Shown here piece by piece: positions 23,616 through 30,925 of a stretch of DNA of 32,000 nucleotides. The translations under genes and the position numbers were made by a program. The stretch is from Candidatus Iainarchaeum sp. (lineage in GTDB: Archaea; Iainarchaeota; Iainarchaeia; Iainarchaeales; DTGL01), in the NCBI GenBank assembly GCA_038736825.1, contig JAVYME010000004.1:13237-45236 (forward strand), read 5' to 3'. The first letter of the stretch is position 1, and each line of letters opens with the position of its first letter. The notes under the pieces are model-generated. The model searched no databases and was not told the origin of the DNA. It worked only from the letters and a program-made list of their open reading frames with translations.

Positions 23616-25370
23616 CTATTTAACTGTTACGCTTTTTGCAAGGTTTCTGGGCTTGTCTGGGTCTAAACGGCGTTCCAGCGCCATATGGTATGCAAGCAAT
23701 TGTATTGGGATTATTCTGAGCAAAAGTCCTTCTTTTCCGTCTTCTTGAACTTCAAAAAACTCGTCAAATACCTCGTTTTTCTTTTCACCAACCCCTATCA
23801 AAAATGCTCCCCTTGCCTTTACCTCCATTGCATTGCTTAAAATCTGTCTTTCGCTTTCTGGAGTTACAAACACTATTACTGGCACGCCTTCTTCAATCAA
23901 TGCTATTGGTCCATGCTTTAATTCTCCGCCTGCAAAGCCTTCAGCGTGAACATAGCTGACTTCCTTTATTTTGAGTGCTGCCTCTAGAGCGCTTGGAAAG
24001 GCATTTCCTCTGCCTATAACGAAAACACTCTGTCTTTTCGCTATTTTTTTGGCAATCTCTTTTGCTTTTGCTGTGTTTTTGCTTATTGTGCAAGCGGCTT
24101 TTTCTGCAATGCTCTCTATAAAGCGTTTTCCTGCAATAAAATTGCCTTTTAAAGAAAAAGCCAGCAGTAAAATGATTGCCAGCTGAGCAGTATAGCTTTT
24201 GGTGGAAAGAACGCATATTTCTGGACCAGAGTTCATTAAGAGGTTTTCATTGCAAAGCCTTGTGAGTGAAGAGCCAACCACATTAACTATTGAAATTGTT
24301 TTTGCATTTTTTTGCTTTGCCAGTCTGACTGCTTCAAGAAGGTCTATTGTTTCACCGCTCTGGGATACTGCGACAACAACGCTTTTTTTTGAGATTAGCG
24401 GAGCATGCCTTGAAAATTCTGATGCAAGCACGGCTTTAACGCTTTTGCCAGCGATTTCTGAAAAAGCATATTCTGCAGCAAGGCATGCGTGATAGCTTGA
24501 ACCGCAACCCAAGAAAAAAACGCTGTCCGCTTTGGAAATAAGGGTTGCCACTTTTTTGAATTTTTTTTGGCTTTGCATTGCGGTTCTTGCAATTGTTTCA
24601 GGCTGTTCGCAAATCTCTTTCAGCATGAAGTGCTCGAAATCACCCTTTTTTGCCTGCTCCACATTCCATTCTATGTTTTTTGGTTTTTTGTTTAATTTTT
24701 TTCCTGAATCTATGCTGAAAACTTTAAGCGAATCACTTATTTCCACCAATTCTTTGTCTTCAAGGAACACAACCTTTTTTGTCATTGGCAGGAATGCCGG
24801 AACATCGCTTGCAAGGAAAAACTCTCCTTGCCATCCAATGCCGGCAACAAGCGGAGAGCCATTGCGCGCTCCAATCAATTCTTGGCAGCCCTCCATTACT
24901 GCCACAATTGCATAGTATCCATCAAGCATGGACAAAGAAGCCCTGACTGCTTCCCTGAAAGCAAGTCCTTTGCCTAAATGGAATTGAATAAGGTGGGGTA
25001 TTACTTCGGTGTCGGTTTCAGAATTAAAGGAATAACCTTTAGAGGCAAGGAATTTTTTTAATTCAAAAAAGTTCTCGATTATGCCATTGTGAACCACTGC
25101 AATCCGGCCATTGCTTGAAAGATGCGGGTGAGCGTTTTTTTCGCTTATTCTTCCATGGGTTGCCCAGCGAGTGTGCCCAATGGCAAGAGAACCGTCCTCA
25201 AAGCCCTTGGGAAGAAAATCAATTTTTCCAGGTTTTTTGAAAATTTTCAAGGAAGAATCATTGATGGCAATGCCCCAGCTGTCATAGCCTCTGTATTCCA
25301 GTCTCTTAAGGCCTTCGAACACTATTCTGCCAGCACTGTTTTTGCCCTTAAAGCCAATTATTCCGCACAT
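23616..25370 (-). CDS. glmS: glutamine--fructose-6-phosphate aminotransferase (isomerising)
   Basis: 584 aa. The N-terminal MCGIIGF provides the Ntn-amidotransferase catalytic Cys. Two SIS-domain regions and the C-terminal LAKSVTV are present. Confidence 0.95.
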   Translation of the reverse strand: MCGIIGFKGKNSAGRIVFEGLKRLEYRGYDSWGIAINDSSLKIFKKPGKIDFLPKGFEDGSLAIGHTRWATHGRISEKNAHPHLSSNGRIAVVHNGIIENFFELKKFLASKGYSFNSETDTEVIPHLIQFHLGKGLAFREAVRASLSMLDGYYAIVAVMEGCQELIGARNGSPLVAGIGWQGEFFLASDVPAFLPMTKKVVFLEDKELVEISDSLKVFSIDSGKKLNKKPKNIEWNVEQAKKGDFEHFMLKEICEQPETIARTAMQSQKKFKKVATLISKADSVFFLGCGSSYHACLAAEYAFSEIAGKSVKAVLASEFSRHAPLISKKSVVVAVSQSGETIDLLEAVRLAKQKNAKTISIVNVVGSSLTRLCNENLLMNSGPEICVLSTKSYTAQLAIILLLAFSLKGNFIAGKRFIESIAEKAACTISKNTAKAKEIAKKIAKRQSVFVIGRGNAFPSALEAALKIKEVSYVHAEGFAGGELKHGPIALIEEGVPVIVFVTPESERQILSNAMEVKARGAFLIGVGEKKNEVFDEFFEVQEDGKEGLLLRIIPIQLLAYHMALERRLDPDKPRNLAKSVTVK

Positions 25371-25499
25371 TCAAAAAACCCCAGAAAAACAACATATTAA
25401 TTGCGTTTTCAAGTAATATAAACCCCGCTAAAAGCAAATTTAACGCCCTAAAAAAACACTAATAATAAGAAAAGCAAATAAATAAAAAATATTTGAAAT

Positions 25500-25530
25500 A
25501 GTATTAAAAATTGTTTAATACTAGTATTAA
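25500..25530. promoter_or_regulatory. overlapping palindromes (candidate operator) immediately upstream of the wHTH gene
   Basis: AGTATTAAA (25500-25508) - AATTG - TTTAATACT (25514-25522) - AGTATTAA (25523-25530). The last two elements form a perfect 16-bp palindrome, TTAATACTAGTATTAA. GGTGAT (SD) lies at 25534-25539 and the TTG start at 25543. Confidence 0.45.
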
Positions 25531-25542
25531 TTTGGTGATATC

Positions 25543-26508
25543 TTGGATTCTTTTGTCACAATTGAAAAAAACAATTCAAGGCTAAAACTCAAAGCAAGAA
25601 TCATTGAATCAATAGACTCAATAAAACCGCTTGCGAACAAAAAAGCATGGCTAATTTTCAAAGAACTATCCAAGCGCGAATCCTATCCTGCAGAAATAGC
25701 CAAAAAACTAGGCTTGGGCCAACAAGAAGCATACTATTACATGAACAAGCTCAAAGCAGCAGGATTAGTCAAAATTGCAAAAAAAGAGGAAAAACAGGGT
25801 GGATTGGCAAAATTCTATTCAGCTACAGATAACTGTTTTGCCCTAGTGCCAGCACTCTCAGAAATAAACAGGCACGAAAGCTTTTCCGCAATAACAGGCG
25901 AAGAAAAAAGCCTTGAAAAAAACATAAAATCCTTCTTTGAACCATTCATAAGCCAAGGCGAACTGAACGCAAAAATCATAGTGGGCGCACCAGACTCACA
26001 CGGCGAATTCCGAGCAAGAGCCAGAGACGCACACCTCGCAGTAGAACTCGCAGGCTTTCTAGGCACGCTTGCAAAAAAAAGCCGCGTGCCCCTAGTTTAC
26101 TTGGACACAACAATCAGAAACCTGAAAGACGAAAACTCCAACTTAATAATAATCGGCGGACCAATCACCAACAGCCTTAGCAGCCAAGCCAACCAACACC
26201 TTTCAATTTCATTCAAGCAAAAAAACGCACAATGGATTATTGAAAGCGAAAACTCTGGAAAAGAATTCACAGAAGACAACATTGGCATTGTGGAAAAAAT
26301 CAAGCACCCCTTCTTTGAATCACGCCATATTCTATTCATTGCAGGCAAAAGAAACGCCGGCACCAGAGCAGCAATCCTCTCAATAATCCAAAACACTGAA
26401 GAAATCGCAAAACCCAACACTTTCAATGAAAAAAAGACAGCACACATTGTGGAAGGCTTAGACTTAGACAGCGACGGAGAAATAGACTCAGTCGAACTAA
26501 AAGAATAG
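25543..26508 (+). CDS. winged-helix (ArsR/TrmB-like) transcriptional regulator with a roughly 200-aa uncharacterised C-terminal alpha/beta domain
   Basis: 321 aa with a TTG start and an SD. The wHTH segment is LIFKELSKRESYPAEIAKKLGLGQQEAYYYMNKLKAAGLV. The C-terminal motifs NLIIIGGPITNS and LFIAGKRNAGTRAA were not assigned to a family. Confidence 0.6.
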   Translation: MDSFVTIEKNNSRLKLKARIIESIDSIKPLANKKAWLIFKELSKRESYPAEIAKKLGLGQQEAYYYMNKLKAAGLVKIAKKEEKQGGLAKFYSATDNCFALVPALSEINRHESFSAITGEEKSLEKNIKSFFEPFISQGELNAKIIVGAPDSHGEFRARARDAHLAVELAGFLGTLAKKSRVPLVYLDTTIRNLKDENSNLIIIGGPITNSLSSQANQHLSISFKQKNAQWIIESENSGKEFTEDNIGIVEKIKHPFFESRHILFIAGKRNAGTRAAILSIIQNTEEIAKPNTFNEKKTAHIVEGLDLDSDGEIDSVELKE

Positions 26509-26607
26509 TGCTTTAAAAGCACTATCAAAGGAACTAGCGAGCACAGAAAACTATAAAAACAAGCATTTGCTTATATTGTCTGAAACAATTGTTTATTGTG
26601 TGGTTTC

Positions 26608-27453
26608 ATGATTAATGCTTTTGGCAATTCCTTGAAAGCCTTTCTGAAAAACCCTTTCATTTTGGTTCCAGCAATAGCCGCAATGGTTGTTGCAGGGATT
26701 TTCACAGAAATTGTGGTAATTCCAGTGCTTGAAGCACTAATAGATTTTATGCTGTTAAAGGGCGGAATGGAATTAGGCCTTTTTGAAGGGGTTTTTGTTT
26801 TTTCAAAACAGTATTTTGAGCTGGTTCTCTTGGTTTTTGCAGCCTTTTTCTTTTCTGCACTGATTTCAGCAATGCTGGCTTTGTTTTATTCAGCTTATGC
26901 TGTGCGCTTGGGAAAACAAGAAGCCTTTTCAGAATCATTGTCAGCCATGTTTTCCATGCTTCCAGGCGCATTTGGCATTATCGTTTCAGGAGTTGTTTTT
27001 TCAATACTGGGAGCAACTTTTTTCTTAATTGCACTAATTGTGTTGCCCTTGCATGAAATTAGCAGTGTTTTCATTGGATTGCTGCTTTTTGCTTTTGCGT
27101 TTTTTTTCATAAAACTTTTCCTTTTCGCAATGCCAGCAATGGCAATTGATGGTTTGAATGCAAGGGACAGCCTTGCTGCAAGCTGGAGGCTCACTTCAAA
27201 AAAGTTTTTTGAATGTTTTTTGGTGCTAGTAATTGCAATATTTTCAATCGCTTTTATTGCAAACCTGGGGCTTTTTTTGGTTGCATTCCTTGGAGAAAAC
27301 ATTCTTTCGCTTGTCCTCACTCTTGCGTTTGAAGCGCTGGTTTTCGCTTTTGCCACCCTCTTCTTTGCCTTTTACTACCAAGACAACCGAAAAGAAACAG
27401 AATCAATTCAAGTCAAAAGGCATGAGTCTTGGAAAAAGCGGGCTAAAAAGTGA
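26608..27453 (+). CDS. polytopic membrane protein, function unknown
   Basis: About 281 aa from ATG 26608 (the track starts at TTG 26596). I count 6-7 predicted TM helices by eye. A TATA-like CTATAAAAA lies about 50 nt upstream. The stop is 16 nt before the SMC-like gene. Confidence 0.55.
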   Translation: MINAFGNSLKAFLKNPFILVPAIAAMVVAGIFTEIVVIPVLEALIDFMLLKGGMELGLFEGVFVFSKQYFELVLLVFAAFFFSALISAMLALFYSAYAVRLGKQEAFSESLSAMFSMLPGAFGIIVSGVVFSILGATFFLIALIVLPLHEISSVFIGLLLFAFAFFFIKLFLFAMPAMAIDGLNARDSLAASWRLTSKKFFECFLVLVIAIFSIAFIANLGLFLVAFLGENILSLVLTLAFEALVFAFATLFFAFYYQDNRKETESIQVKRHESWKKRAKK

Positions 27454-27469
27454 AAGCCGGTAGATTGGA

Positions 27470-30445
27470 ATGGCAGAACTAAAAGAATTAAGGCTTAAAA
27501 ACTTTAAGTCCTTCAAAAAAGCCACGATTCCGTTCAGGAAAGGCTTTACTGCAATAATAGGCCCCAATGGTTCTGGAAAAAGCAATATTTTGGACGCAAT
27601 CCTTTTCGTGCTCGGTTCAACTTCAATGAAATCTTTGCGTGCTGGAAGGATTTCAGGACTGATAAACAATAGTGCTGGAGAATCCTATGGAAAAGTGGAA
27701 ATAGTTGTAGCAGACAAGGAAAGAGAGTGGGCAATCAGTAGGACAATTGACAAAAGCGGCAAAAGCACTTGCCGCATAAACGATGAAAAAACAGGCTTAA
27801 ATGAAGCAGTTGCCTTGCTCAACGAGCTTGGCTTGAAAAGCGATGGCAACAACATTGTAACACAGGGTGACATAACAAAAATTATTGAAATGAGTCCAGA
27901 GGAAAGACGCGAAATAATAGATGATCTTGCAGGAATAAGCGAATTTGACTTAAAAAAGGAAGAGGCTGAAAAAAACCTTGCCAAAGCCGAGGAAAAAGTC
28001 AAAAACACCACGCTTGTCTTGAACGAACGCCTTTCAAGAATTGAAACCCTTGAAAGCGAAAAACGCGCTGCCGAAGAATATTTGGCGCTGGTTGAAAAAA
28101 AGAATAGATCCAAGGCAACAATCCTGAAACTGGAATCAGAAGAAGCGCAAAAAAGTCTTGCAATAGCAAGAGAAAAACTTGAAAAACTGAAAACAGAAGC
28201 GGACTCTTTGGACGAAAAAGCCAGGCAGACAATGGAAACAATAGAACGCACTGAAAAGGAAGTGCAAGAAAAGGAAAGAGAGCTTTTTGAAAAAAAAGAA
28301 AAAGCCCTGAGAGAAATAGTTTCAAAAATAGAATCACTCAAGGGAGAAAAAAACCTGGCTCTTGAAAAAACAGCAAACGAAAAAAGAAGGCTGGCTGAAA
28401 GCGCTGAAAGAGAGGAAGCAATATCGAAAAGGCTGGAAACGCTAAGGGAAGAATCCGCAATTGAAAAAGCAAGGCTTGCAAAAATATCTGAAGAAATTCC
28501 AGAACTTGAAAACAGACTGCAAACAATAATAAAAGAGCTTGAAAGCACAAGCATGGAATCAAAAGAAAAAGAAAGCGAAACAAAGGCAATGGAACAAAAA
28601 CTGGCTGAAACAGAAGAAGAAATAGAAAGCCTGCAAAAACAAGCAACACTCCTTTTGTCTGAAAAAAGCGCTATTGAAAGGCAAAACAGCCTTGCAGAAA
28701 AAGAGCTTAGTGAAATAAGCGAAAAAATAAAAGGGCTTAAAGTTCAAAGAGAAAAAGCACTTCAAGTCAAGGAAAGGCTTGGAGTAATGGAATCCAAAAA
28801 AATAAAACAATCACTGGAAGTTGCAGAAAAAAACTGCGAGAAAGCGCTTTCACAAGAAAAAGAACTAGAGGCAAAAATTGGCGAAATACAGTCAGCCATT
28901 AAAGAACTGAAAAAAGAAATAGCAAAATGCCCTGTATGTGATTCCGACCTTTCCGCCCAAAAGAAAAAACAATTGCTCCAAAAAAAAGAAAACGAGGAAA
29001 AAAAAGCAGTTTTTGAATTAAAGCAAATTTCCTCAACCTTAAACGAAGCAAGAAAAAGAAAAACAGAACTCGAAAAAGAACTGGAAATAATGCAAGAGCT
29101 TGAAAGAGAACTGGCAGTATTGAACGAAAAAACCTCAGCGCTTGCAGAACTCGAAGCAAGGCAAAAAACACTCTTTGCCTCAAAACCAGAAACCACAGAA
29201 ATTTCAGCCAAAATCAAAGAAGTTGAAAAAAAACTTGAAACCCTGAAAGCAAAAAAAAACAGTCTTGCCTTGCAACTGTCATCAGTTAAAACAGGCAAAA
29301 AAACAATAGAATTGAACAGCAAAAAAAGCGAGCTGGAAAACAGGCTAAAAATGCTGGAAACAGAGGCAAATAACATAAAAGAAAAAATCCTTTCAAGAAT
29401 AGAGACTGAAACTGTAGCCTTGATAAAAGAAACAGAAAAAATACACTCTAGTGCCCTCGAAACACAAAAAAGAATAGAAAGCCTTGAAAAAAAATCCCAA
29501 GAACTTGAAAAAACACTTGAAAAACTTGAAACGGAAAGCGAAGAACACTCCAAAAAAATGCAAGCAGAACTGCAAAAAAAAGAAGAACTGGACAAAAAAC
29601 TGGCATCACTCAGGCAAAAAAAAGAATCACTTGAAGCCGAATCAAGAAAAAAAGCCAAAGAAATGGAAGAACTCAGAATAGAAGCAGGAAAAGCAGAAGT
29701 AAGGCTTTCCGACATAGAGGAAGAATTCAAGCAATTCAAGGAATTCAAGCCAATTGAAGGCACTTCAATAAAAGAATTGAAAAAAGACTTGGCTGAAGCA
29801 GAAAAAAAACTAGAAAAAATCGGCCCAGTTAACCTGAGAGCCGCAGAATCCCTTGGAAACGAAAAAACAGAACTCTTGGAAGTAAGAGAAAAACTCAAAA
29901 AACTCGAAGAGGAAAGAAACGCCGTACTCGACATGATTCAAAAAATAGACATAAAAAGAAAGGAAGCCTTCATGCAATGCTTTAATGCAGTAAAAGAAAA
30001 CTTTTCAAAAATGTTTTACAATTTTTTTGAAGGAGTCGGCCAGCTTGGCCTAACGGATCCAGAAAACCCGGCTGACTCTGGGCTAATCATAGAGGCAAAG
30101 CACAAGGGAGAAAACCTGCAAAACATTGACAGCATGAGTGGTGGAGAAAAAAGCCTTGCCGCCCTAGCATTCATTTTTGCAATACAGCAATACGATCCAG
30201 CCCCATTTTATTTCTTTGACGAATCAGATGCTGCTTTGGATGAAGCCAACTCCATTCGGTTGACGAGAATGATAAGCGAAATAAGCAAAAACTCTCAGTT
30301 CATAGCAATAACCCACAACAATTCCATGATTAAAAGCGCAGACCAAATAATTGGAGTTACGCTTGACAAAGACAAATCCAGTGTCATAGGCTTGGACTTA
30401 AAGGAAAAAATCTGGGAAAAAAACAGCGCAAAAAACAACAACTGA
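27470..30445 (+). CDS. smc: SMC-family ATPase (chromosome segregation protein-like) with no recognisable hinge and a central CxxC zinc-hook-like motif
   Basis: The N-terminal head contains FTAIIGPNGSGKSNILDAILFVLG and IVTQGDITKIIEMSPEERREIIDDLAGISEF. The C-terminal head contains MSGGEKSLAALAFIFAIQ, PFYFFDESDAALD and QFIAITHN. About 640 aa of K/E/L-rich coiled coil lie between them. CPVC occupies aa 487-490 of 991 (nt 28928-28939). Confidence 0.88.
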   Translation: MAELKELRLKNFKSFKKATIPFRKGFTAIIGPNGSGKSNILDAILFVLGSTSMKSLRAGRISGLINNSAGESYGKVEIVVADKEREWAISRTIDKSGKSTCRINDEKTGLNEAVALLNELGLKSDGNNIVTQGDITKIIEMSPEERREIIDDLAGISEFDLKKEEAEKNLAKAEEKVKNTTLVLNERLSRIETLESEKRAAEEYLALVEKKNRSKATILKLESEEAQKSLAIAREKLEKLKTEADSLDEKARQTMETIERTEKEVQEKERELFEKKEKALREIVSKIESLKGEKNLALEKTANEKRRLAESAEREEAISKRLETLREESAIEKARLAKISEEIPELENRLQTIIKELESTSMESKEKESETKAMEQKLAETEEEIESLQKQATLLLSEKSAIERQNSLAEKELSEISEKIKGLKVQREKALQVKERLGVMESKKIKQSLEVAEKNCEKALSQEKELEAKIGEIQSAIKELKKEIAKCPVCDSDLSAQKKKQLLQKKENEEKKAVFELKQISSTLNEARKRKTELEKELEIMQELERELAVLNEKTSALAELEARQKTLFASKPETTEISAKIKEVEKKLETLKAKKNSLALQLSSVKTGKKTIELNSKKSELENRLKMLETEANNIKEKILSRIETETVALIKETEKIHSSALETQKRIESLEKKSQELEKTLEKLETESEEHSKKMQAELQKKEELDKKLASLRQKKESLEAESRKKAKEMEELRIEAGKAEVRLSDIEEEFKQFKEFKPIEGTSIKELKKDLAEAEKKLEKIGPVNLRAAESLGNEKTELLEVREKLKKLEEERNAVLDMIQKIDIKRKEAFMQCFNAVKENFSKMFYNFFEGVGQLGLTDPENPADSGLIIEAKHKGENLQNIDSMSGGEKSLAALAFIFAIQQYDPAPFYFFDESDAALDEANSIRLTRMISEISKNSQFIAITHNNSMIKSADQIIGVTLDKDKSSVIGLDLKEKIWEKNSAKNNN

Positions 30446-30454
30446 AAAAAAAAC

Positions 30455-30925
30455 TCATTTTAGTTTTTTTGCAAATTCCATTAGCTTTCTCTTCCCTTCA
30501 GGGCTTTCAGCTTCTTTTTTGGAGAGCATGAGGCTTGCAATCGCTTTTTTTCCAGCAAAGTCCTCAAGTTCTGGCAAAACCTTTTTGTTTTTTGTTCCAC
30601 TTAAAGAAATTGAAAGGAAAGCAAATTTTTTGATTTTTTCCCTGTTTTGTGAAACATAAGCGCGAAGCGCTGGAGAAATATAGCCAGCCCACACTGGCGA
30701 GACAAGAACCAGAACCACATAGGCAGCAGGGTTTTTCTTCAAGGGAGCAATTTTTGTGCTTTTCTTTTTTAAAGCATCAAAGCCGTTTGAAAAAAATCCG
30801 AAAAAACCATTCCGGTCTTTCAAGTCAATTATTCTTTCAATGTCAGCGCCAAGCATTTTTTGTAATTCTTTTGCAATTGCTTCGTTTGTTCCGCTCTTGG
30901 AATAATACGCTATTAGGGTTTTCAC
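30455..30925 (-). CDS. flavodoxin-like fold protein
   Basis: 156 aa with a GTG start directly abutting the upstream stop. The N-terminal MKTLIAYYSKSGTNEAIAKEL is a typical flavodoxin-family FMN-phosphate loop. Confidence 0.6.
   Translation of the reverse strand: MKTLIAYYSKSGTNEAIAKELQKMLGADIERIIDLKDRNGFFGFFSNGFDALKKKSTKIAPLKKNPAAYVVLVLVSPVWAGYISPALRAYVSQNREKIKKFAFLSISLSGTKNKKVLPELEDFAGKKAIASLMLSKKEAESPEGKRKLMEFAKKLK

Noticed and set aside
26507-26523. Palindrome AGTGCTTT-A-AAAGCACT overlapping the stop codon of the wHTH gene, as a terminator
   Set aside because: It would form only a short hairpin with a minimal loop and is not followed by a T-tract. It may still be a weak structural element, but the support is insufficient.
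27685-29934. Two very long minus-strand ORFs (27685-28554, 289 aa; 28762-29934, 390 aa) inside the SMC-like gene
   Set aside because: Their products are S/F/L-rich low-complexity mirror images of the GAA/AAA-rich sense strand. They have no start context and are fully embedded antisense to a gene with unmistakable SMC motifs.
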